The notes below the pieces were generated by a model. The model saw only the letters and a list, made by a program, of their open reading frames with translations. It was not told the origin of the DNA and made no database searches. A DNA stretch of 38,402 nt from a virus: the IMG/VR virus record IMGVR_UViG_3300045988_041255, positions 1-38,402 of that record, one strand, 5' to 3'. The first letter of the stretch is position 1. Each line of letters starts with the position of its first letter. The translations under genes were made by a program, and so were the position numbers. Positions 20,572 to 29,282 of this stretch are shown here, piece by piece.

Positions 20572-20617
20572 AAAAAAGAAGCCCGACGGGAAACACTCCC
20601 GCCGGGCTTCTTTTTTT
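20572..20617. terminator. Bidirectional rho-independent terminator shared by the sRNA/plus operon and the late (lysis) operon
   Basis: AAAAAA-GAAGCCCGACGGG-aaacact-CCCGCCGGGCTTC-TTTTTTT. Confidence 0.85.
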
Positions 20618-20813
20618 ATCTGTTCATTTTGTCGTGGATTGCTCGCGCATAGCGTTTTACTGTGCGCTCGCTGACATTTAATTCGGCTGCAATTTCAGCG
20701 TTTCTGCGTCCTCTTCGGCGCATATCAAGCACCGCGTGCTCGTCGTCTGTGAGTAAAAAACACAGGTCGTCATACTCGCCCCGGCCCATGCAGAAATCGA
20801 ATTTGCTGCCCAT
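20616..20813 (-). CDS. Small sigma-70 region-4 / LuxR-type HTH protein
   Basis: LTDDEHAVLDMRRRGRRNAEIAAELNVSERTVKRYARAIHDKM. Confidence 0.65.
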   Translation of the reverse strand: MGSKFDFCMGRGEYDDLCFLLTDDEHAVLDMRRRGRRNAEIAAELNVSERTVKRYARAIHDKMNR

Positions 20814-20816
20814 AGC

Positions 20817-21077
20817 TTACTCCCCGCCAAGCAGCTGCTTAAACACCTGGTGCAGACCGGTGGACGCAAGACCAGATGCAAGGCCAGACAAAATCACACC
20901 AGCGTCCACAGCAGGCCAGTGCATCCACACGGCCAGAATCACGCCCAGCACGGCGCACATGGTGGGAATGTACTTGTTATCGACATCCTTCACCCACGAC
21001 TTGACGACGTAGCCCACGCACAGGCAGATACCCACGATAACGGGAACCATGTACTCAGAGATAAAAGAAATATCCAT
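20817..21077 (-). CDS. Holin (phi LC3 / LL-H-like family)
   Basis: 86 aa with TM segments VPVIVGICLCVGYVV, IPTMCAVLGVILAVW and GVILSGLASGLASTGL. Adjacent to the endolysin. Confidence 0.7.
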   Translation of the reverse strand: MDISFISEYMVPVIVGICLCVGYVVKSWVKDVDNKYIPTMCAVLGVILAVWMHWPAVDAGVILSGLASGLASTGLHQVFKQLLGGE

Positions 21078-21079
21078 TT

Positions 21080-21331
21080 TTACTCCTCCTCTAGCGCTTT
21101 CAGCCGCTGCTCATGCTGGGCCAGCTCCTTGTCGTGCCCGTCCAGCCGCTTGTAAAAAATCTTGTGGCTTTCGCGGTTTTCGCCTTCCAACTTGTCAAGC
21201 GCCCGCTGGAAGCTGTCAACCGCCACCGTCAGCTTTGTGATGTTGCTGTTGAGCTTGATGAGCGGGCCGCTCACAGAGCCGATAAGCCCGACAAGCACCA
21301 CAACAACACCTACCACCGTCCATTCTTGCAT
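21080..21331 (-). CDS. Lysis-cassette membrane protein (N-terminal TM plus coiled coil)
   Basis: WTVVGVVVVLVGLIGSV, then a heptad-like KLTVAVDSFQRALDKLEGEN...LKALEEE. Confidence 0.5.
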   Translation of the reverse strand: MQEWTVVGVVVVLVGLIGSVSGPLIKLNSNITKLTVAVDSFQRALDKLEGENRESHKIFYKRLDGHDKELAQHEQRLKALEEE

Positions 21332-21332
21332 T

Positions 21333-22298
21333 TCAGCCCTCCAGCAGGGTGGGGTTCACCAGCCCGAGCAGCTTGTCCAGCTTTGCCTCGATACGGCCCA
21401 GCTGCTCGGTGCAGGCGGCGGGGTCGTCCTTACCGCTGTCGGGGGCCGGAGTGGGTTCCGGCGTGGGTTCCGGTTCAGGGGTAGGCTCGGGCGCGGTGTA
21501 CTCCACGCAGCCCACCGCCAGAGCGGCAGCCTTTGCGGCCACCGCCTTCCGGTCGCCCGCGCTGGCGGGGCCGATGATAAGATAGTCGCCCGCATCTTCG
21601 TGGGGCAGGCCCAGGCTGTCCGCCAGGGCTGCCAGGGTTTTGCGGTCGCCGCCCGAAACCGGTCCTACTTTCAGCATGTCACTCATAACATCCTCCTTCT
21701 CGCTGCCGAAAAGCAGCGCTTCATCCGGGCAGAGGTTCGTGTCCACCGGGCCGGAAATGCCGGGCACGCGGCCGCTGCTGCCGGTCTGCCACAACACATA
21801 CGGCCCGGCGTAGGTGCAGGCCGCGGCGTACTGGGCCACCCAGACGGGCAGCGCGGCCAGCGCGGCCATGTCCAGCTGGGTTTCCAGCCAGTTCTTGCTG
21901 GCGTACAGGCCGGGGCGGTATCCGGCAGCCTGCACGGCGGCGCAGAAGCGCTGCACGCAGGCGGTGCGGCCCGCCGTGGTCTGGGCCAGAATGGCCGGTT
22001 CGTATTCCTGGTCAAAAAACAGGGGCAGGTCCAGCCCTCGCCCGGCCAGCACCTGCAGGCAGGCAACGGCCTCGCTGGCCGCATCGTCAGGGCTGGAAGC
22101 GTAGCTGTACCAGTACGCGCCCACCTTCAGGCCCGCGGCCTTTGCGCCCGTGTAGTTGGCGGCAAAGTACGGGTCCGCCTGGGTGGCGGTGTTGCCGTAG
22201 CCCGCCCGCAGAATGGCGAACCGCACCCCGCTGGCGGCCACCTGGGGCCAGTCAATGCTGCCCTGGTGCTTGCTTACATCGATGCCTTGAATGCTCAT
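21333..22298 (-). CDS. Endolysin: GH25 muramidase with a C-terminal repeat/linker region
   Basis: ATG 22298 behind GAGGAGG. GIDVSKHQGSIDW...FAILRAGYG...DPYF..N...AGLKVGAYWY...FFDQE. Repeats GPVSGGDRKTLAALA / GPASAGDRKAVAAKA. PEPTPEPEPTPEPTP linker. Confidence 0.85.
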   Translation of the reverse strand: MSIQGIDVSKHQGSIDWPQVAASGVRFAILRAGYGNTATQADPYFAANYTGAKAAGLKVGAYWYSYASSPDDAASEAVACLQVLAGRGLDLPLFFDQEYEPAILAQTTAGRTACVQRFCAAVQAAGYRPGLYASKNWLETQLDMAALAALPVWVAQYAAACTYAGPYVLWQTGSSGRVPGISGPVDTNLCPDEALLFGSEKEDVMSDMLKVGPVSGGDRKTLAALADSLGLPHEDAGDYLIIGPASAGDRKAVAAKAAALAVGCVEYTAPEPTPEPEPTPEPTPAPDSGKDDPAACTEQLGRIEAKLDKLLGLVNPTLLEG

Positions 22299-22309
22299 AA
22301 AACCTCCTC

Positions 22310-23950
22310 TCAAACGCGGTAAATGCACACCGCACCCAGCTCAGAGTAGCGGCTGCTGCCACTGGTAATGGACACCCATTGAGAGCCGTCGAGCGTAAAT
22401 GTGCCCTGCCCGCCCCAGATGGTGCAGCCGTATTCGCGCTCCGGTCCGTAAATTCGCGTGGCGAGATTGCCCGCATCCGCGATATAGCAGCCTGTCAGGT
22501 CGGCGATAGCACCGCACGCGCGGTAGGTGCCTGCCGGGAGCCAGCATCCCCAGCCGCCGAAACCGGAGGTACCGCCCACCGTGTAGGCCAGCTTGAGCCG
22601 GTTGGGGCTGCCGCCGCTCCAGCGGTTGTCCCCCACGGTCGCAAACATCGCCATGGCGTGGGAAGTCCCGGCAACGTCCAGCACCGTTTCGCCCGCGCCC
22701 AGCTTTCCCGCCGTCAGGCCAATAGCGCTGGCAACGCTGGCGTAGCTGTCGCCCACATAGCTTTCGCCGTTGTAGTAGCCTTTCGGAGGCTTAAGAAAAA
22801 CGCGGGACACTCCGTCCGTGTTTAAGTAGGCCTGCGTATCCCGTTCTACTGGCGTAACTGCGACGCTTGGGAAGGAGGCGGATGCGCCCACAGCCCCGTT
22901 TTGGCCCACCGTGTTGCGTGGCAGGATTTCACCGATTTTAAGCGTTTTGTCTCCAGAATAAAACTTTTTGCCAGAAATCACGTCTCCGGTGTCGGCAGTG
23001 GCGAGGGCGAGCTTGGTATTCGACAGGCCCCCGCCACCATTAAAATTTATCTGCGTACCGTCCTGCGTAAAGGTCAGCCACCGGCCCGTGACGGATTCAC
23101 CGGCCAGCGCATCGGCAAAGGTTTCCGCGCCCACATAGGCGGGCACGGTTTTGCCGTTCACCTGCACTGTGTCGCCCGCCGCCACGTTGGCGGTCAGTTT
23201 GACGCGGCCGCTTGCGCCGCTGCCGGTCAGCTTGTGGGCGGTGCCGACTTTGGTGTGCTGATACAGGTGCACGCCTTGCGAATCAGCATACGCAAACACG
23301 TCTTGTCCGCGCCCTTTCGGGTCGTATGTGGCTTTCAGCATTGTGGCCGTACCGGCGTTTAAGTCGCTCAATTCTTTTCGAATTGCCGTCAAATATTCCG
23401 TGAACTGCTGGTTCATGGTGGTGGTGTCCACCGTCACCCAGTCAGTCACGATGCCGCACACGGACTTGTCAAGCCGCTCGTCGGTGATGTTGGCACTGGT
23501 GAGCTTGCTTGCAGCCGCCGCAACGTAAATCTGCGCCAGTGAAATCTGGCGTTTCAGCGTGTTGTTTGTAAGTGTAGGCGCTGCCGGAGACGCCGCCGGG
23601 GTGCCTTGCAGCAGCTCAATGCGCGGCTTTGCGGCATAGTCTACCGTGTCCCACGTCACCACAACGCGGTCAATGCGCGGATTCACCGCATTCGCGATTG
23701 TGGCAGTGAGCTTCAGCTCTGAGCCGGTGGTGTTCTTGTTGTCGTTCCAGAATACGCTGCCGTCCCCCTCGCTGTTGGACAGCCAGCCCACGCCGTCGGA
23801 TACTTTCACGGTCATGCCGCTGTCCAGTGTCACCGCGAGGTTATTTTCCGCGCCAAAAACGCCGCTGGTGCGCCCGTGCAGCCACTTCATTACGTATTCA
23901 GCCCCGATGTACTCGTCCGAGTTGTTCGGGAAATTTTTGATTTCGGCCAA
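22310..23950 (-). CDS. Tail fibre / receptor-binding protein
   Basis: 546 aa, TTG start 5 nt after GGGGTG. Lies between the Tal-like gene and the lysis genes. Gly/Thr/Ala-rich and beta-rich. Confidence 0.6.
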   Translation of the reverse strand: MAEIKNFPNNSDEYIGAEYVMKWLHGRTSGVFGAENNLAVTLDSGMTVKVSDGVGWLSNSEGDGSVFWNDNKNTTGSELKLTATIANAVNPRIDRVVVTWDTVDYAAKPRIELLQGTPAASPAAPTLTNNTLKRQISLAQIYVAAAASKLTSANITDERLDKSVCGIVTDWVTVDTTTMNQQFTEYLTAIRKELSDLNAGTATMLKATYDPKGRGQDVFAYADSQGVHLYQHTKVGTAHKLTGSGASGRVKLTANVAAGDTVQVNGKTVPAYVGAETFADALAGESVTGRWLTFTQDGTQINFNGGGGLSNTKLALATADTGDVISGKKFYSGDKTLKIGEILPRNTVGQNGAVGASASFPSVAVTPVERDTQAYLNTDGVSRVFLKPPKGYYNGESYVGDSYASVASAIGLTAGKLGAGETVLDVAGTSHAMAMFATVGDNRWSGGSPNRLKLAYTVGGTSGFGGWGCWLPAGTYRACGAIADLTGCYIADAGNLATRIYGPEREYGCTIWGGQGTFTLDGSQWVSITSGSSRYSELGAVCIYRV

Positions 23951-23954
23951 TTTA

Positions 23955-24965
23955 TCACCCCATTACCGTTAAAATTGGGTCGCCGATTGTAAGCCCAATC
24001 GACGTGCTTTGCTGGTCTTGCGCATAGGTCATTCCGGTGATCCTCGCCTTGAATTTGACCCTGTGCCGTTGCGAAACGCACCACACAAGGTCTCCGATAT
24101 CATACGCCACGCCCAGCTCGCTTGCATCTGCGCTCAGGTTAAAGCTTTGCCTGTTCCGGTGGCTGCCCAACTGTAAAGCGGCATACGTTTGCACCCGGCG
24201 GGCGAAGTCACTATTGGACTCAGTTTTACCCTGCGGATCGCCGCTAAACTCGGCCCACAGCTCGCGCCGGTTTTCTCCGGTTTCTTGCCCGGCCGTTGCA
24301 ATGCATTTGCTCCCGTCCGCATACTGCGCCGTGCAGTAGCACACGTTTTTGTAGCTGCTCACGTCCTGGTCAATCACCAGCTGCGCAGCCGTGCCACGCT
24401 CTGCGACAAAAGAGACCGCTTTCAGCCCGCTGGTGCGGTCACCACCCTTGTAGATTTCCCACGTGATGGTCTTTGCCTTGTAGTCAAAAACCGCCCGCTG
24501 GCCTAAATCCGCGTCGGACAGAATTTTTTGCACAGCCGCAAGCAGCTCTTCACCGTAAATTGTCGTTGCGCTGGTGGTCTCCGTCAGCCCCTTTTCGGCA
24601 GCGAGAAGGATGGGCAACCCTCGCAGATTTGCCTTTACAGCCGCGTAAATGTCTTTTTCGACATTTGTCACATTGCACGCCGTTGCAGCCACACGCCGGT
24701 TCAGCCGGTTGTTGAGCGTAAAGCCGTTGAGTGTGATTTGATTATTTTCGTCATCAAACTGCACTTCGGCCACTTCAAACGCCAACTTCCGCTCCACAAG
24801 ATACACAATAGCATCATTTTTTGCGATGGAGATGTTGTAAGCGTCCATCGGCAGCACAATGGTAAATTTTCCCACATCGTTATATTTGACGCTAAATTGC
24901 ACGCTGATTGCGTGTGTGATCTCGTGGCGGTTGCTCAAATCTGGCTCAAAGATTTCGATTCTCAT
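23955..24965 (-). CDS. Tail-associated / baseplate protein in the Tal position (Gp37-like N-terminus, from memory)
   Basis: 336 aa with an ATGA overlap with Dit. Called from position downstream of TMP-Dit. Confidence 0.45.
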   Translation of the reverse strand: MRIEIFEPDLSNRHEITHAISVQFSVKYNDVGKFTIVLPMDAYNISIAKNDAIVYLVERKLAFEVAEVQFDDENNQITLNGFTLNNRLNRRVAATACNVTNVEKDIYAAVKANLRGLPILLAAEKGLTETTSATTIYGEELLAAVQKILSDADLGQRAVFDYKAKTITWEIYKGGDRTSGLKAVSFVAERGTAAQLVIDQDVSSYKNVCYCTAQYADGSKCIATAGQETGENRRELWAEFSGDPQGKTESNSDFARRVQTYAALQLGSHRNRQSFNLSADASELGVAYDIGDLVWCVSQRHRVKFKARITGMTYAQDQQSTSIGLTIGDPILTVMG

Positions 24966-25816
24966 ACAACCGTTACACCCGCGCTTTCTTCGGAAAATTC
25001 CACCGCCATTTCAACATTTGCAAGCCCTGCATCGGCTGTAGGCTTCCACGCATTTCCACCGGTGTGAATCCGGAAAAGGTCGCTTTCCAGCGTCAGCGCG
25101 CCCCGGCAGTCGCCGTCCACGCTGGAAGTCACATATGTGCGGTCGTGCGTCACCTCGATTGTCACGCGCTCGTCTTTTACCAGCGTTTTCTCCAGCCGCA
25201 AAAACTCGCCCGTCTCCATGTTCTCCACGCCCACATTTTTAGCAGTCTCACCCAGGCAAGTGATGGTCAGCGTGTACGGCACATCGAACTGGCCGAAGTT
25301 TTGCAGCACGATGTATTGCAGCACCATAATCGCGCCGAATTGATATTTTTTGCTCATATTCCACGGGAACCGGAACTTTTTTTCGATGCCGCGCAGCTGA
25401 CTGCTCTTACTCTCGGCGCTGCCCCAGTAGGGATAGGGAGCGGTTAGGCCCACCTGAAAAGGCGCTCCAAAAGCGGCCGCCCCGATTGTGGGGGATGCCG
25501 TGACGGCCACCGCGATGTGCCAATCTCCGGCGTACAGAGTACCGGACAAGTCCGGGCGAATCACCGTCACAAGCGCGTTTTTAAGCTCCTGCGAGTTGTC
25601 GCCCACCACCTTGCCGTTGATCGTGATAGGGCGCGGCTGAATGCTCTTGCTTTGGACGGTTGCACCCACTTGCCCGATGCCCTGTGCGGTGTTGACGTTG
25701 ACAGAGAGGGTGTCCACGCCAGACGGCAGGCTGATTAGATAGCCGTGCGCATAGTCAAAGACAATCTCCTGCCCCAACTCGTTGACGTATCGAAAAGTTT
25801 TGCTCAAAAAGCTCAT
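24962..25816 (-). CDS. Distal tail protein (Dit)
   Basis: ATG 25816 overlaps the TMP stop (ATGA). Called from position and about 284 aa. Confidence 0.6.
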   Translation of the reverse strand: MSFLSKTFRYVNELGQEIVFDYAHGYLISLPSGVDTLSVNVNTAQGIGQVGATVQSKSIQPRPITINGKVVGDNSQELKNALVTVIRPDLSGTLYAGDWHIAVAVTASPTIGAAAFGAPFQVGLTAPYPYWGSAESKSSQLRGIEKKFRFPWNMSKKYQFGAIMVLQYIVLQNFGQFDVPYTLTITCLGETAKNVGVENMETGEFLRLEKTLVKDERVTIEVTHDRTYVTSSVDGDCRGALTLESDLFRIHTGGNAWKPTADAGLANVEMAVEFSEESAGVTVV

Positions 25817-27730
25817 GCCAGCGCCCACCTCGCTCTTTGGAATGCGGCAGCAGTGGAAGCCGCCAGCTCAACGGGGCTTTGCTTTGCCGCATAGATTGTC
25901 TGCTGCACGGTAAAGCCACCGCCGCCGAAAGCGCCGCGCCGGTAGTTTTCAGCCTCTTGCGCAGTCAGCACCATTTCGCCCCGGTGCAAATTTGCAACAT
26001 AGTTGTTATACGGTACGTAGTCAAGGCCGCCAGCGTGGCTGCCATCTGCGCCGCCCTCAACTTTAATGTCGCTTTTTTTGATGGTAAAAATATTTTTCAG
26101 GCCGTCCCAAAGGCCGCTGACGAACTTTTTCAGGCCATCCCAGGCGGCGGAAATGCCGTCTTTAATGCCCTGCACGATGTCACCGCCGACGGACGTAAAG
26201 AAGTCAAAAACGCCCGCGAAAACGTCGCAAATATCTTGCCAGAGACCCATGAAGAAGTCTTTCCACGTAGCGAAAATGCCCATGATTGCATCCCAAGCGC
26301 CCTGAAAATCACCAGACAGTACGGCCTGAACGACCGAGAAAATGCCCGCGATGGTGTTCCAAATTGTCGAAAAGAAAGACGTTGCAACGCTCCAAATTGT
26401 AGAGACAAAAGTCCATGCAAGCTGGAACTGTGCCCCAATCACGCCGACAACGGTACGCACTAGAACCCCAATTACATTAAAAAGCCCGGTGAAGAACGGC
26501 TCAACGCCGCTCCAAATTGTCTGGATCAGGCTCCAGGCGCTCTCAAAGGCGTTGCCGATTGCTTTGACTGCCGGTTTTGCGTTTTCCACCACGTCCGAAA
26601 TCGCGTTTTTGATGAATTCCATCGCGGCCTGCAAGTACGGCTGCACCGCGTCCACCACGCCCTGAACCTTTTCCCAGATTTGGGATACCATGTTATTCAC
26701 AAAATCGCGGAATTTCTCGTTTTTGGCATACAAAACAGCAAGTGCCGCGATAACTGCCGCAATGCCTATCACAATTAAAGTAATAGGATTTGCGGACAAT
26801 GCCGCATTGAATGCGGTTTGTGCTTTTGTTGCTGCCGTCTGTGCAAGCTCCATAAGTGTGATTTTGCCGGTAAGCAGTCCGGCCACAACTTCGGATGCTT
26901 TCAGAGTGCCGTTCAAGGCGGCTTGCGCTACTTCGGCGTCAGTTGACCCTTGCGAAAACAGCGTGACTGCAAGTTTTGCCTCGTCAAACTTTGTTGCAAG
27001 GTCTTGCAGCTTTTTGCCGATTTCCCATCCTTTTGCAGCAACTCCAACAGTCGCAATCAGCGGCGCAAGGTCGGCAATCACGGGGCCGATGTCTTTGGCA
27101 GCATTTTTCACTTCGTCGAACACATCAAGCAAAAACGAAAAGTCAGAATCCTGAATTGCGCTTGTGATTGCGTCCAGAATTGCATCACCCAAAAAAGCGA
27201 AGGTGTCCGACACGATAGGCTGCAAAGACGTTGCGACAGTTCCAAGCCCATCAAAAAGGGCGTGTAGGCCGTCCTCGATTGTAGGCTCTAGCTCTTTAAT
27301 TGCCTCGCTTACATATGGGGCAAGCTGCGTCACAAGCCCGGAAATGCCCTCAACCAGCGTCGGAACAATCTCCTGAATTCGCGGCACAATATTTTTTCCA
27401 GCTGCAATGACACTCTCCACGAGGTTGTCAACGGACTCGCCGACATCTTGCTCAGGGTCGGCGATTGCGACAAGCATATTTTCCCACGCCGCCCGCATGG
27501 AGGCCGTGCTCCCCTGAATCGTCGTTGATGCCTCTTTGCTTGTAGTGCCCAAAATCCCCATATTGGCCTGCACCACGTGGATAGCAGATACAATGTTAGA
27601 GTATGACAAGCTGGAGCCGTCCACCGTTACGCCAAGCTCTTTTTGCACATCTGTAAGCGTGGATGCCTCTTTCACAAGGCGCTCCATTTCGGTTTTTGTG
27701 CCACCATAGCCTAGCTTTAGGTTGTCTAAC
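25813..27730 (-). CDS. Tape measure protein, exon 2
   Basis: The reading frame stays open upstream of the M at 27687, giving (M)LDNLKLGYGGTKTEMERLVKEA... The first G (27730) completes the split ATG codon. Ala/Gly/Val-rich helical repeats and a C-terminal GGLDYVPYNNY. Confidence 0.8.
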
Positions 27731-28007
27731 CATTTTCACCCTCGGTTTCCCGATACTTTTTAGGGGATTAGACTATATCTTCAACTATTTGAAATAGTTG
27801 GTGGGCACTTCCAACGGCGTACCAATAGCCGATGTACTCGGTGACGAGCCGATAGTCGTTACACCTTCCTCTTTCGAGGCTTGGCACGGGATAGTCATAG
27901 GCTTACGCCCTTAGATTTCCCCCGTTAGCAGGTTTTCACCCACACCCTTGGTAAGGTTCACCCACGCTCACTGCGCAATCACTCACGCAGCGGACATTAG
28001 ATTGTTT
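27731..28007 (-). ncRNA. Group I self-splicing intron (IA-like, no ORF), 277 nt, inside the tape measure gene
   Basis: 5' exon ends in U (28008) and the intron ends in G (27731). R-like GTAACGACTATC and S-like AAGATATAGTC elements form P7 (GACTA 27853-57 / TAGTC 27771-75). GNRA hairpins CCTC-GAAA-GAGG and GGC-GTAA-GCC. P8-like hairpin CAACTAT-TTCA-AATAGTTG. Confidence 0.75.
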
Positions 28008-28645
28008 ATCGTATAGTTTTGCTTCGCAAAGCCATTATATGCATCCTGTATGGACTGCATATTGGTGCCCATTTTGTTTGCATTATCGGCCATATCGGTG
28101 ATAGCGATATTTGCCATATCAGCGGCCTTTTTTGTGTCGCCGCCCAAGCTGGACACCAGAGCCGCCGCGAAGGATGTGGCTGTATCCATGTATTCATTCA
28201 TGGACATTCCGACGTTTTTATAAGCGTCCGCCGCATCGTTCCACACCTTGCGCGACCCGGCGGTCAGGTCGCTCCACTCCATAAGCACTTCGTCAGTGGT
28301 TTTCCCGGCTGCCTTCGCAAAGTCCTCAAGCGACAGCTGAGTTTCGGAGTACAGCGTCTCGACGCCTCCCACAAGCTGCTCATAATTTCCATAGCTATCA
28401 AGCGATGCTTTGCCGATTGCAAGCGCCGTGCTGGTAGCCTTCTTGCCGATATCTACAAACCCGTTCGCAACATTGCGCAAGCCGTCGCTGACCGCGTTTC
28501 CCAGCACTGTGCCGGTAAAAACGTCCATAAAGGATGAAAGCCCCTTCTTCGACTTTGCAAGCCCCTGCTCGTACTCGTTGGCGTCAAGCGAAATCTTCGC
28601 GCAAAGGTTAAATACGTCCAATTCCTCACCCCTTTTCCCCTGCAT
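28008..28645 (-). CDS. Tape measure protein, exon 1. The start is uncertain: ATG 28645 or TTG 28621.
   Basis: ...IQDAYNGFAKQNYT then AT|. Splicing to 27730 restores the conserved ...AKQNYTMLDNLKLGYGGTK... Exons sum to 2556 nt, which is 852 codons in frame. Confidence 0.75.
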
Positions 28646-28937
28646 CACGCAGCTTTTTGCGCATATTATCAATGATTTCATCCGCTGTGCGGGTTTCTTC
28701 CGGTGCGGGGTGAATCATATCATAGTAGCGGGCTGGGCGTTCGCCACCCTGCTGCATAGCCGTGATAAAGCTCAAAGCCGTGTCCGTGAGATAAACGCGG
28801 AAGAGGATTTCGTCCATATCCGCCTTTATCACGTGCGGCAGCGCCGACACAAGGGCATGTGCCCTCAGTTTCGGCAGCTTTGTCAGGGCCGGGATTACTC
28901 GCTCTGCGCCTCCGCACTGCGCAACGACGCGAAAAAA
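28626..28937 (-). CDS. Tail assembly chaperone T segment, expressed as a G-T fusion by -1 frameshift
   Basis: The -1 frame stays open from the slippery site to the stop at 28626. Lies directly upstream of the TMP. Confidence 0.7.
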   Translation of the reverse strand, partial: FFRVVAQCGGAERVIPALTKLPKLRAHALVSALPHVIKADMDEILFRVYLTDTALSFITAMQQGGERPARYYDMIHPAPEETRTADEIIDNMRKKLRDAGEKG

Positions 28938-29269
28938 TCCATGAAATCCTTATCTTGCAGCAGCTTGCGCACCTGGTTGCAGGTGGTGATGATGTTTTGC
29001 TTGCCGGTTTCTTCCGCCGTCAGGCCATTAAAAGGCGCAAGGATGGCGTACACGTCTGCGCGGTGGGCCTTGAGCAAAATCGGCATAAGCGCGGCAATTT
29101 TTGCCAACCCGAAGCGCATCACTTCCGCTTCGCTGCGTGTGCCAGCGGGCAGCACCTTTTTCAGCTCGGTCACCAGCGCCTCGTCCTGCACAATGTTGGT
29201 TACAGGCTCCGTGATCTCCAGCGCCACGTCCAGCGCCTCATCCGTGCCCAGCTGCGAAAAAATCCTCAT
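28895..29269 (-). CDS. Tail assembly chaperone G
   Basis: 124 aa between the major tail protein and the TMP. RBS TAAGGAG. Confidence 0.7.
   Translation of the reverse strand: MRIFSQLGTDEALDVALEITEPVTNIVQDEALVTELKKVLPAGTRSEAEVMRFGLAKIAALMPILLKAHRADVYAILAPFNGLTAEETGKQNIITTCNQVRKLLQDKDFMDFFASLRSAEAQSE
28931..28937 (-). promoter_or_regulatory. -1 programmed ribosomal frameshift slippery heptamer T TTT TTC
   Basis: Zero frame GAT TTT TTC, 11 codons before the G stop. Fits the X XXY YYZ pattern. Confidence 0.7.
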
Positions 29270-29282
29270 AGCTACTCCTTAC

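Larger units (their letters stand above)
20457..20617 (+). ncRNA. Candidate ~160-nt small RNA containing a solitary CRISPR-repeat-like unit
   Basis: Promoter at 20422-50 and terminator at 20578-20617. No RBS-preceded ORF. Hairpins at 20461-82 and 20483-20511. Confidence 0.5.

Noticed and set aside
20457-20617. A genuine CRISPR array or mini-array
   Set aside because: Only one repeat-like unit is present. I found no second copy of GATTGAAAC or the hairpin downstream or elsewhere in the window, and no cas genes. I therefore call it a solitary unit, not an array.
20477-20674. 65-aa plus-strand ORF across the small-RNA locus
   Set aside because: No RBS. It runs through the bidirectional terminator and into the convergent gene.
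25813-28681. Tape measure encoded as two independent genes with a 300-nt spacer
   Set aside because: The downstream frame is open well before its first Met. The spliced junction recreates a conserved TMP motif in frame. The spacer has group I intron core elements and no RBS or promoter.
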